Of a stretch of DNA of 64,000 nt, positions 38,940 through 52,200 are shown one piece after another. A program made the translations under genes and the position numbers. The notes under the pieces were generated by a model, which saw nothing but the letters and a program-made list of their open reading frames with translations, was not told the origin of the DNA and made no database searches. Numbering within the stretch: position 1 is the stretch's first letter; every line of letters starts with the position of its first letter. Source of the DNA: Eledone cirrhosa (taxonomy: Eukaryota); the NCBI GenBank assembly GCA_964016885.1, contig OZ024755.1, positions 41,602,001 through 41,666,000 of the forward strand. Reading direction: 5' to 3'.

Positions 38940-39300
38940 GCAGGCGTGGATTATTCCATTAAATGGAAAGTCCTGACAAAATCTAGGCCATACGGAAATG
39001 TAAATTTGTCATGTGGCCTGTGCATCGAGGAACGAATAAATATCTTGCAGAGATTTCTTAACAGTTCTGAACTGGAATCATATGATTCCAGTTCCTCAGT
39101 GAAAAAACAACCCAACCAGGAACTGGGCATATCAGAGTATTGACAATATTATACACCTCAACAACATATGTACTTGTCTATACCATACTAATTCAAACTG
39201 CCTGAAGAGGTCACAGCCAAAGATGGCTGTCACTGAAATATATATCGCAGTAATAAACGAAGGTAAATTTTAATCATTTGACTTTTTATTTAACTTTATT
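38940..39300 (+). mobile_element. Penelope-like 3' end: GIY-YIG C-terminus plus hammerhead (39197-39251)
   Basis: YSIKWKVLTKSRPY....CGLCIEERINIL; actgc-CTGAAGA-..acagcca/tggctgt..-GAAA-tatat-ATC-gcagt. Confidence 0.8.
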
Positions 39301-39613
39301 TTACACTACTCTGGAGTAACCAAACCAACCTGCGCACTTCGTCGAGTGCTCCAGCCTGCATACTGAGGTGTTGGTATACAACCAACATAAACTCAAAATC
39401 TCTCTCTATATATATATATATCGACAGTCGATCGACTTTCGTCAAATCGGACCGAGGAAACAATGTTTCCGTTGGTCTTTCCAATTGCTAATACTATCTA
39501 TTCGTCGCAACTCCAGGTAGAAGGAGTGTCGTGAAACAGAAGAGTCTTGCTCAAGGACATAACACATCGCCTGGGCCAGGAACCAAACTCACAACCACAC
39601 GATTGCGAATCCA

Positions 39614-39683
<70 letters not shown>

Positions 39684-40639
39684 ACATGGAGAAAGAGATT
39701 ATGAGGAAGAAAAATATTTTTTTCCTTTTTTTTTGTCTCTCTCTCTCTCTTTTCTGGGTTAGAAAATGATTAAAACGAAATGTTTAACTTTGTGTGAAGT
39801 GTTAAGGTATTAGTTGATTTATTTATTATTTAACAATGGCATTTATTTATCTATTTATATATTTAATTATTGTCAATTACCGGTTTCAGCATTTATATGC
39901 ATTATCAAATGATAGTGAAATGTATTAGTGTGGTGTCGCACATGTTAAGCAGAAGGTGCAGAAAGAATAATGTTATATACAAACAACGTTTAAGAAGTGA
40001 AAAGAAAAAAGAAAAAGGAAAAAAAATGTGCATAATGTGGAACGTAAAAAATCAATGTGGAAGAAAAGTTAATGTTATTTACAAGCACAGTCATTGAAGT
40101 TAAGCAGTTCAAAATGTGTTAATATCGCAAGAGAAACATGGAGGCAAATGGTGGACTGTGGTTTGATATTATTTCCCTTTTTAGAGAGTTAATATGCAGG
40201 GGGAAGCAATTCTTGCTGGGTGATATTTAATTCATTTAAGAAAAAGGATTAGGTAGGGCGTGAGGGAGGTAACTGTTGTAAATGTTTGATGGTTTGTTGC
40301 AGATTTAGATAGGTCCGAATTTTAGGGCATTGAGTACTGGATGAAATTTATTAATGAAATATGTTTCCTTATTGGTGCGTTGGATGAAAGTAGCGTTGTC
40401 TATGAATTTGTAAATGGGGAAAATTTTAAAGTTTGGAAGTTGGTTGAGGGCACAATTGGCGATATGTTCACTAAATGCAATCTTTCTGTATTCCTGTATT
40501 TTAATAATGTGATTTATGGACGGTCATACGTTGACGGAGGCTGTTTTTTGTCTGTCCTATATAGTGCTCTAGACAACCTGAGCAAGTCAAAACATAGATA
40601 AGGTTTTCATGAAAAACCACAGACCCTCCATCTTAACTC

Positions 40640-40680
40640 ACATTTTGAAAAGCAGAAGAACTGCGAAACCGGTAAAGGAA
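40640..40680 (+). ncRNA. Hammerhead ribozyme, U3-A8 variant (related motif on minus strand at ~39877-39911)
   Basis: TTGAAAA-gcag aagaa ctgc-GAAA-ccgGTA. Confidence 0.6.
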
Positions 40681-41327
40681 CCAAATAAATATATATATTT
40701 TTAAAAAAAATAAGACTCCAGTTGCATTTTCGATTTCATCTCTTTTTCTTTATACTTTCACTCGTGTAGGACACCGGTTATTTTTCAATTTGTAAAAAAA
40801 CCTCACTTTCTAATATATATATATATATATATTGGTAAACGGAATAGAAAATGCTGACAAATTGTTCACAGTGAAAAATAGTTTAATTAGGAATAAATGA
40901 GAATTAGTAATTGTATTGGTTAGTAATCAGTTTTGGTTTTAAGTTTTACCGGTTGCGCATTTCTAAATGCTTTTCAAAAATAATTTTGAGATAGAGCGTC
41001 CGTGATGTTTGCTCTGATCTGATTAGTTTTGGGAATTCTACCTGTTTTTATGTTAAAAAAGTGGCTCCAGCGCTATTAAAATTGTTTTTTTGCGCCAATT
41101 CGTGTTGCAAAAATTCTTGTGGTCAAAACAATTTTGATTGGTCGGTAGAGGTCATGTGAATGTAAAAAATTGATTTTGCGCCAAGACTGGGAAATGACTC
41201 TTTCACAACAAATATGTGTGTGTGTGTGTGTGTAGTAGTAGTAAAGTGTTCGTTGTTGTGATAATGGTTAGCAGGGATGTGTGTGCGAACAGCAGCCTGT
41301 TGACAGTTCAAATGCCTATTAAGACAA

Positions 41328-41386
<59 letters not shown>

Positions 41387-41733
41387 GCAGAGTAATTCGT
41401 GGTAGAGGGATGGTCAGTAGGAATGTGTCTGTAAGTGAGTGGGGGATATTTTAACATGTTAAAAGATATTTTTCAGCTCTTGTCTTATACGGAGAAGTGT
41501 GTGTGTGTGTGTGTATAAGTCTCTTTGTATGTTAATGTACGCGTATGTATGTGTGTGTATATATATATATGTGTGTTTGTGTGTGTGGGTGGACCAGTAT
41601 TTTTTTTCCTGGTAAAATGGTGTACATTATTCGATATTTTCAGTAAAATCGATTCTCTCAATAGAACATCAAAAACCTTAACAATACAATGTGTGAAATG
41701 ATATTCACTATACATACATATACATACATATAT

Positions 41734-41797
<64 letters not shown>

Positions 41798-41929
41798 TAT
41801 TTTTGTGTTGCACCATAGAACATGTGTGTTTACGTATGTCATTGTGTTTATATGTGGGTATGTATGTTGACGTGTGTATGTTGTGGGTTCGTCTTAGGGA
41901 GAAGTGTTTAGACGGGGTCCGTATTTGTT

Positions 41930-42810
41930 AATAAAGTAAGATTCCTTGCTGATGCGCTGGGTGTGGGTGGCATTATCTTTAAATTTGTAGAGGGGAAAGA
42001 TTCTGAAGTTGGGATGATTTTGGGCGGCACAGGTATCAATGTGTTCACTCAGTGGTATTTTCCCGTATTTTAATTTGGGATCTATGGACAGTCATGCGTT
42101 GGCGGAGGCTGATTTTGCTCTGGCCTATGTATTGTTCTCGACAACCTGAGCAAGTTAATACATATATTAGATTTTCCGATGCACATGTGAAATTGTGTTT
42201 TACTATAAAACGTTGTCCTTCTTTGAAATAGAATTCCGAACCCTCTATTAGGTTGATGCAAATGCCACAGTTGGGTCTATCGCATTTTTTTACTGTGGGT
42301 TTCGTTATTGGTGTTGGTGGTACTTTGGCATGTGTTAGGATGTTTTTCATTGACTTAGATTGTCTTTTGCTCTTTATGATATCGTGTGTGCGTAGGATTT
42401 GGTTCATTCTATGGTCCTTTTTCAACACAGGGATGTTCTGGAGGATGGTGTCAAAGGCCTCATTGTTGAGGGGGTTGTGTGTGGAGATGTATGGAAGAGC
42501 TTTTAGTTTCGGTTGATTTACTTTAGGGTGTCTAAGGTCCTGGGTACTGAGTTTTAGGGCGCGTTGTATTCCATTGTCAATTAGTGATGCAGGGTAGTCC
42601 CTGCCTATGAGTGTGTCCTTTATTTCTTGTAGCCGTAAGTAGCAGGTGTTTTTATTGGAGACTATAGTACAGATTCTCTTGGCTAAGTTGTAGGGAATAT
42701 TAATTTTAACGTGTCTAGGGTGGCAAGAGTTGAAAGGAAGATATTGCTTGGAGTCTGTGGGCTTGTAGTATATGTCTGTTTCTATTTTTTTGTTATGGAT
42801 CTTAATGATA
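41930..42810 (-). mobile_element. Penelope-like element fragment (RT C-terminus plus GIY-YIG)
   Basis: TDIYYKPTDSKQYLPFNSCHP...CDRPNCGIC...NLIYVLTCSGCREQYIGQ...LRQRMTVHR. Confidence 0.9.
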
Positions 42811-42892
42811 TATACATATGTGTGTGTGTGTGAAGGGAATTATAAGCTATCGTTTTCAAATTAAGGGATATATAGTATTTAATGATACTTAC

Positions 42893-42988
42893 TCTTAGAA
42901 TTTGAATAACATGGTATCTCATTATAATAATTCATGTGGGTTCCGTAGTTGGATGGTGAATGGCTGATATAATCGTCCCAATAATCTG
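42893..42988 (-). CDS. ETS transcription factor exon
   Basis: tttttcag acceptor (NAGNAG); DYWDDYISHSPSNYGTHMNYYNEIPCYSNSK; GTAAGT donor; phase 1-1. Confidence 0.75.
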
Positions 42989-43079
42989 CTGAAAAAGTTT
43001 ATTTAATGATAGTAAAATAACTGAAACGTCAACAACATAGTAGAAGGCAACAAATTAAAGAGGTTAATGAAGGAATTTG

Positions 43080-43237
43080 TACGAGGGTCGACTGAGAAGT
43101 TCATAGGCTGACTATGAAGGAGTGATGTTTTGAAGGCTTGCATGCATTACTTTCAAATATGTTGAAAAGTAAACCTCATTTGGTCATTCCATGAGAGTAT
43201 CTTGGTCAGCCTATTAACTCCTCAGCCGACCCACGTG
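43080..43237. mobile_element. Tc1/mariner-type MITE
   Basis: TIRs TAcgagggtcgactgagaagttcataggctgac / gtcagcctattaactcctcagccgacccacg. Confidence 0.75.
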
Positions 43238-43496
43238 GTAGCTCCAACTGCCAATTATTTACGTTTCACAATTTGGAGATATTCGGACATGTAGTTGGTA
43301 AATTTCCTGAACGGTCGGTTCATGTGTGGAAATAACATCACAAACCGCTGACGAAATAACAGCACACGTCCGGCGGCCCCTTTTATCAACAAAAATAAAC
43401 CTTTTCCAAAGGGTTTCTTTTTGTAACGTTTCATTGTTTTATAGGTTTACCGTTTGAGAAGCTCAGGCTGTCATAACTGATAATCCTCTGTTACCC

Positions 43497-43603
<107 letters not shown>

Positions 43604-43847
43604 TACGGACATTACGATTATAATAAACCCGAACCGGATGAATATAGCCTCAGATTTTTATTGATACATATGTACCCACCCGTCCCTGCAATCTATCTTA
43701 TTTCCCATTCTTTCTTCTGATGAAGGACTAGCTCCAGAAACGTTAAGACCCTCTTCCTGCTATATCAAGTGTTAACCTAATATATCCCTTCCATATACTG
43801 TACCGATTGCGTTGTTATTTCTGTTTACCTTTTACATACATATACAT

Positions 43848-44026
<179 letters not shown>

Positions 44027-44045
44027 CTGTGTGTGTGTTGTGTAA

Positions 44046-45074
<1,029 letters not shown>

Positions 45075-45077
<3 letters not shown>

Positions 45078-45151
45078 CCCACTCTACTACCTCAAGTATT
45101 GAGTACTTTGGTGCGTTATGGTCCACCTGGTTCCTTACCACATTTCCTTCG

Positions 45152-45155
<4 letters not shown>
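45075..45155. mobile_element. Short (AT)n-inserted repeat end; family also at ~26620-26730, ~45868-45970 and ~59592-59750
   Basis: cgaaggaa(a/g)tgtggtaaggaaccag..ggacca..acg.acca..gtactc shared. Confidence 0.65.
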
Positions 45156-45216
<61 letters not shown>

Positions 45217-45816
45217 CAGGTACACATACATATATGCACGCATCAGTTTAGCGGACGCTTATTATAACGCCGCTTTGTTCGTTTGTAAACAAACTGAACA
45301 GCCTGAATTTATGCCATACGGTGTTAAGGCAACCACGTCACCTTTTTGTTCAACACTGACACAGGAACGATGTACTAGTTTCAAGCTTGTTAGCTATCAT
45401 CAGCACCGTATACCCATCTGCCAGATAGTTGAACGTTCGAAAGTATATACTTTCCTTATGAAAATTAACGGCTGAGCAGCCTAATTTGCATATTGAGTGA
45501 GTTAAATCGGTCAGGCATACCGAAAACGATAAGTTGAAATAAAATGAAAACGAAATTTCATTTCTCACTCTTAGTATGGCACTTACTTAAATGTAAGTAT
45601 GTATGTATACGTACATACATATATGTATACAGACGTACAGATCAGAGCAAACATCACGGACGCTCTATCTCAAAATTATTTTTGAAAAGCATTAGAAATG
45701 CGCAACCGGTAAAACTTAAAACTGAATACTAACCAATACTATTACTAATTCTCACTTATTCCTAATTAAACTATTTTTCACTATGAACAATTTGTCAGCA
45801 TTTTCTATTCCGTTTA

Positions 45817-45869
<53 letters not shown>

Positions 45870-46505
45870 GAAGGAAGTGTGGTAAGGAACCAGATGGACC
45901 AGAACGTACCAGAGTACTCAATACTTAGAGTAGTAGAGTGGGGGTAACAGGAAAAGAGTCAGGACCCCGATTATAAATGATAACAAGGTATCGTTTAAGG
46001 TAATCCAGTTAGAGGTCGTGAGTACTGTGTATTGTGGATAGTTTTAACATAGGGTGTTGTTTGACTCAACAAGATGTTTCCTTAGTCGGGTGGTCGCCTT
46101 AAGGAGGTTACAAAGAAGAAGAAGAAGAAGAAGAAGAAGAAGAAGAAGAAGAAGAAGAAGAAGAAGAAGAAGAAAAAAGGAGTAGGATAATAAGAAGAAA
46201 GGGATGAATATAATAGAAAGTGAAAATGATGAGAAGTGGCGAGAAGTGCTGCCAAATAACAAGAGATAAAAGTCAGAGAAATTTGGAGAAGAAAAGAACT
46301 AAAGGTAGAGATTAAAGTGGAGACTTGAAGTAGAAAGATAAATATTAATACAGTTATTTTTTACGGGTACTTCGGTAGTGCATATGTATGTATGTATGTA
46401 CATGCATATGTATTAATATAAATACGCCTTTATATATATATATATAAACACATATATATATACATAAACACACACACATATATATATATATACATACACA
46501 CACAC

Positions 46506-46562
<57 letters not shown>

Positions 46563-46795
46563 CATACATATATACACACATATATACACACATATATATC
46601 TATATATATATATACATACACATACACACATATATATATATATATATATACATACACATATATATACATATATATATATATATACATACACATACACACA
46701 TATATACACACATATATATATCTATATATATACATACACATACACACATATATAGACACACATATATATATATATACACATTCACAGATATATAT

Positions 46796-46851
<56 letters not shown>

Positions 46852-46939
46852 GCACACATATATACATATATATATACATACATACATATACATACTCACA
46901 TATACATGAAGTTCAAACAATATGTCATACTCAACTTAC

Positions 46940-47123
46940 CATAAATACAATCGCTCTGTTCCTTTTTCAGTGTTAAGTTTGTATAAGTAGGTGTATAATG
47001 TTCTGAGACGGCTTCCCTTGTTATAGGATTATATATACAGTTATCTTCGACGTTCAAATATTTCATATACGGTTCGATACTATCTTTGCTGTCGTATGGT
47101 GTAAAACCTTCATCTATACTCGG
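46940..47123 (-). CDS. ETS transcription factor exon
   Basis: ttttcttgtcaatttcag acceptor; [61 protein letters not shown]; GTAAGT donor; phase 0-1. Confidence 0.75.
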
Positions 47124-47221
47124 CTGAAATTGACAAGAAAACCTGATTGTCTCATACGGCTATGAAGTTATACTTTGTGTCAAACCTTGTGGTTACTAAA
47201 GAAAGCATTATTATTATTATT

Positions 47222-47420
47222 AAAGGCGGTGGATTGGCAGTATCGGTGGAGGGTCGGACGCCATGCTTTCCAGCATAGTTACGTCCCTTTACAATCTGAG
47301 TTCAAATCCCGCCGAGGTTGACTTTGCCCTTCATCCTTACGGGGTCGATAAAATAAAGTACCAGTAATGCACTGGGTAATTGCTGGCCTTGTGCCTAAAG
47401 TAGAAACAATTATTATTATT
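47222..47420 (+). mobile_element. Full-length tRNA-derived SINE between (ATT)n tracts
   Basis: A-box tggcagtatcgg, B-box gagttcaaatcc, core, ATT tail. Confidence 0.88.
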
Positions 47421-47454
47421 ATTATGATTATTATTATTTTTTTTTTTCTTTTAT

Positions 47455-47736
47455 TAAAAATTCCCCCATTTGGGGGAAACCTCCGAGGGTTACTCGTGGC
47501 GAAAACCACACAAAAGACCACGGCCACCCTGACCACCAGGGCAAACGTACTCTCTCAATTTTTCCATTCCTCAAACTAAAAGCGTATATTCAGAGCGGTC
47601 CCGTTCACTCGGACCATTCTCGCTACATTCACCCACCTTTTCAACAAACTTGCAAGTTTGTTGAAAAGGTGGGTGAATGTAGCGAGAATGGTCCGAGTGA
47701 ACGGGATTTTTCAATGTTTGAAATTTCATTTTTATT

Positions 47737-47808
<72 letters not shown>

Positions 47809-47940
47809 CTATGTCTTTTTTCTTTTTCTTTTCTTATATAAATAATAAAAATCTTTACTCGCACAAAACCCACATCGTATCGTCCTGTACCGTCTGTAAT
47901 GTTTTTCTTGATGTCAGCCCTTGTGGCCAATAAAGAAATT
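47455..47940 (+). mobile_element. Tx1 (ATT-type) 3' fragment with 5' inversion
   Basis: KRWVNVARMVRVNG; perfect inverted repeat ~47600-47706; end ccttgtggccaataaagaa(ATT)n. Confidence 0.75.
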
Positions 47941-47955
47941 ATTATTATTATTATT

Positions 47956-48225
47956 GTTCTTTGAGTCTCAGTCATTGATGTTATTTAACTGGAAAGTTTG
48001 TTGAAATGAATATCAAGACACTACCTGCAGCCTCAGATATTCAGGGCGTATCGGAGGGTTCTTGCTGTTCCCAGCAAGCATGCCTTTTGAAGTGTTCAAA
48101 AAAGCGGGGCGGGGCCAATTTTCTTTAACCATCCCTGGAAACTCTTTGAGATAGTACCTAGTGCGCCTATGACAATCGGGACGATTTTGATCTCATGGCA
48201 GTTCCAAATCCTTTTTAACTCCCAC

Positions 48226-48228
<3 letters not shown>
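47956..48228 (-). mobile_element. R4/Dong-type LINE, short 3' fragment (subfamily b end)
   Basis: Matches the 3' end of the intact element; (ATT)n both sides. Confidence 0.85.
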
Positions 48229-48303
<75 letters not shown>

Positions 48304-48409
48304 GTTGCATTTATCTTGCTTTATATTCATACGAGTTATCACCAAGTCACAACCAGTGACCTCAAGAGACAACAAAGTCCGCCATGTTCAAGAAAGAACA
48401 TACATACAC

Positions 48410-48693
48410 ACACATGCATCTTTAGGTGTTGCCATTTCTTAGCCAGTTTCTGTAGCAGTTCTTTCTTTGCAGTTACTTTTACCTGCTTTGCTTTTTCTGT
48501 ATTTTCCATTTCAGCAGTAAATGGGACTTCTGAAATTTGTAGTCCATTACTGTATCTTTGTGCATCTTTTGTAATGGAGTATGATCTTTTGATGCTTTCG
48601 TGTTTCAAAACGAGTTTGATCATCCAATCATGTGATTCCCTTAGATATGTAGATAATCCAATTGTTGCAGTTTTCAACGCAATGTCTAACTGG
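48410..48693 (-). mobile_element. Fragment of a second RLE-type LINE family
   Basis: QLDIALKTATIGLSTYL..HDWMIKLV...KKWQHLKMH resembles the post-RT region. Confidence 0.55.
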
Positions 48694-48744
<51 letters not shown>

Positions 48745-48750
48745 GTTGTT

Positions 48751-49225
48751 GTTATTCCTTGAATCTCAGTCATTGATGTTGGTTATCTGGAAAGTCCGTT
48801 GGATTGAATATCAAGCCACTACCTGCAGCCTCAGATATTCAGGACGTATCGGAGGGTTCTTGCTGTTCCCAGCAAGCATGCCTTTTGAAGCGTTCCAAAA
48901 AGCGTGAAGGGGCCAATTTTCTTTAACCATCCCTGGAAACTTTTTGAGATAGTACCTTTGACTTCATGGCAGTTCCAAATCCTTTTTACCTCCCACTTTA
49001 AGTCCTGGTATCGGTTAATTTTCTCCCTCTCCTTCTCTTACACTCTCGTCTCGAATGGGCAGGCCACATCCACAATCAGGCACGATCTTTTTTCCTTGTC
49101 GAAAACCACCAGGTCAGGTCTATTGTGTTCCAGTTTCTTGTCCGTCTGTATCCTAAAATCCCACAGTACCTTCACCTGATCGTTTTCTATCACCGACTCT
49201 GGCTGATGCTCATACCACTTCTCAG

Positions 49226-49226
<1 letters not shown>
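48751..49226 (-). mobile_element. R4/Dong-type LINE 3' fragment with small internal deletion
   Basis: Colinear with 49286-49787. Confidence 0.88.
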
Positions 49227-49279
<53 letters not shown>

Positions 49280-49285
49280 GTTATT

Positions 49286-52200
49286 GTTATTCCTTGAATC
49301 TCAGTCATTGATGTTGGTTAACTGGAAAGTCCGTTGGATTGAATATCAAGCCACTACCTGCAGCCTCAGATATTCAGGACGTATCGGAGGGTTCTTGCCG
49401 TTCCAAGCAAGCATGCCTTTTGAAGCGTTCCAAAAAGCGTGAAGGGGCCGATTTTCTTTAACCATCCCTGGAAACCTTTGGAGATAGTCCCCAGTGCGCC
49501 TATGACAATCGGGATCACTTTGACTTCATGGCAGTTCCAAATCCTTTTCACCTCCCACTTTAGGTCCTGGTATCGGTTAATTTTCTCCCTCTCCTTCTCT
49601 TGCACTCTCGTGTCGAACGGGCAGGCCACATCCACAATCAGGCACGATCTTTTTTCTTTGTCCACAACCACCAGGTCAGGTCTATTGTGTTCCAGTTTTT
49701 TGTCCGTCTGTATCCTAAAATCCCACAGCACCTTCACCTGACTGTTCTCCATCACCGCCTCTGGCCTATGCTCATACCATTTCTCAGAATGTGGTAGATT
49801 GTTTACTTTGCACAGGTGCCAGTGGATCACCCTGCCCATCACATCGTGTCTCCAGCCCTTATAGTGGGTCTGGGCTAGGTGTTTACACTCGGACACAATG
49901 TGAGCCACAGTCTCCTCTCTCTCTCCACAGATCCTGCACAGTGGGCTAGCCTCCTCCTTGTAGATATGGTGCTTCAACCACTTCGTTTTGAGGGCCTGCT
50001 CCTGCGCAGCCATTAGCATTCCTTCTGTAGCCTTTTTGAGGTCTCCTCTTCTCAACCAGTTCCATGTCTGTGGATCTCTAAATTCAGTTTTCTCAAAGAA
50101 GGTACTATGAAGGGATTTTCCCTTAAGGCTGCTCTTCCTCCTTGATGTTATTTCCTCCTTGGGTATCCCCTGGCCTACTGTCCCCTCCTTCAGTACAGCT
50201 CTGAGCATTGGCTCCTTACTATAGGTCACGTATTTGTATAGGTTGTTTTTCTCCATCTGAACACAGTCCTCTATGCTGATAAGACCTCTTCCACCCTCAG
50301 ATCTCCTTAGGTAGAGTCTATCGACATCACTCCTCTTGTGGAACATGTTGTAGATAGTCAATAGCTTCCTAGTCTTCCTATCCATTTCTTTTTGTTCAGC
50401 AACATTCCATCTCAGAATTCCCGCACTGTACCTAATAATAGACACAGCTCGGGAATTTACTGCGCTTATGGCATTTCTGCTGTTCAGATGTGACTTCAAT
50501 ACGCTCCTTACTCTCCGAATGTATTCAGTTCTTAACAATTCCTTCATTTTTTTGTTCTTTATGCCATCAGCCTCCAGAACGCCCAAATACTTGTATCCTT
50601 CCTCAGAGTCAATTTCCTTTATCATCTCACCTGTTGGTATCTGGATCCCGTTACTTCTGCTCAACCTACCCCTCCTCATCACAATGACTCCACATTTACC
50701 AACACCAAACTGCATACATATATCACTGCTGAAAATACGGACAGTGTCAACAAGCACATCCAACTCCTTCTCACTTTTCCCGAAGAGCTTAAGATCGTCC
50801 ATGAAGAGGAGGTGATTGATGGTAAGCTCTCCCCTTCCCAACTTGTATCCTGCTCTCACTTTTCGCAGCATAATGGTCAAGGGCATCAGGGCAAGGACAA
50901 ACAACAGAGGGGACAGGCTATCTCCCTGGAAGATACCTCTCTTGATCTTCACGCTTCCCAAGGATACTCCAGTTGATGTCAACTCTGTCTCCCAGGACCC
51001 CATACTCCTGCCCAGCAACTGTCTGATGTTATCTGCCACCCTGAAGATCTCCAGGCTTTTGGTGATCCAGGAATGAGGCACCATGTCAAATGCCTTTCTG
51101 TAGTCTATCCATCCCATGGCAAGATCAGTGTGTCTCCTCCTGCAATTCCCCATTACCATCTTATCAATAAGCAACTGGTCCTTTGTACCACGTGACTTCT
51201 TTCGGCATCCTTTCTGTTCGTCCGGCAACAAGTTGTTTGTGTGGAGGTGATGGTAGATTTCCTCAGACACAATGCTCGTCAACAGTTTCCACATTACGGG
51301 CAGACATGTGATAGGTCTATAGTTGGTAACATCATTACCCTTGATTCGGTCTTTCATTATCAGAACTGTGGTACCTTTTGTCAACCACTCTGGCACCTCA
51401 CCCGACACCAAGCAGTCATTGAACATGGCCGTCAGCTTCGGGTGGAGGGATGTTAAATGTTTAATCCAATACCCCTGCACACCATCTGGGCCTGGTGATT
51501 TCCAGTTGGTTAGTTTTTTGGCTTGCCCCTTAAGAGTTTCAACTGTGATACTCAAATCAGTCTGTTGCTGTGCCTGCTCACCGATCTCCCTCTGTACTGT
51601 CTCAATCCACCCTGCCTGGGCATTGTGTCTAACATCCTGCTCCCATATTCCTCTCCAGAATGTTTTAGCTTGTTCCGCCCCAGGGATCAAGTCGGTGCCT
51701 CTTTCTTTCCCCTCAAGCTGTCCAAACAGCATCTTCTGGTTGTTGTCGAACATGCGGTTCTGTTTATACTGACTGACTCTGTTCTCGTATCGCCTGATTT
51801 TGGCACTCTTTGCTACAATGCGTTGCTTCAATTCCTCTATGATAATATTTAGCTTTTTACTCCTAGTTTTGTATTTTATTTCCAGTCTATTTTTAGTGCC
51901 TATGTTTTTTAGTGTCCCATTCAGTAGTGACTCAAGCTTTCCTATGTCATTTCTCATTTCCCCGATTTGCCCACTCAGTCGCTTCTTCCACCACGGCTCT
52001 GCTCTTTCTTGTCTGTTGTTTCCTCTCGCTTTTATACCAAGTAGTTTCCTCACCGTATTTGCTGTTGCTTTGAGGATATTGTTGCACTGGTGAAGACTCC
52101 TCGCCTCAAGGTATGGGATGACTTTGTTTACCTTAGCTGTTGTTTCTTTTAACTTTTTCCTGTCTACAAATCTTAGGTTCATAGGTCTCCCACTATCATT

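Noticed and set aside
47222-47320. tRNA gene
   Set aside because: A and B boxes belong to SINE heads; no cloverleaf
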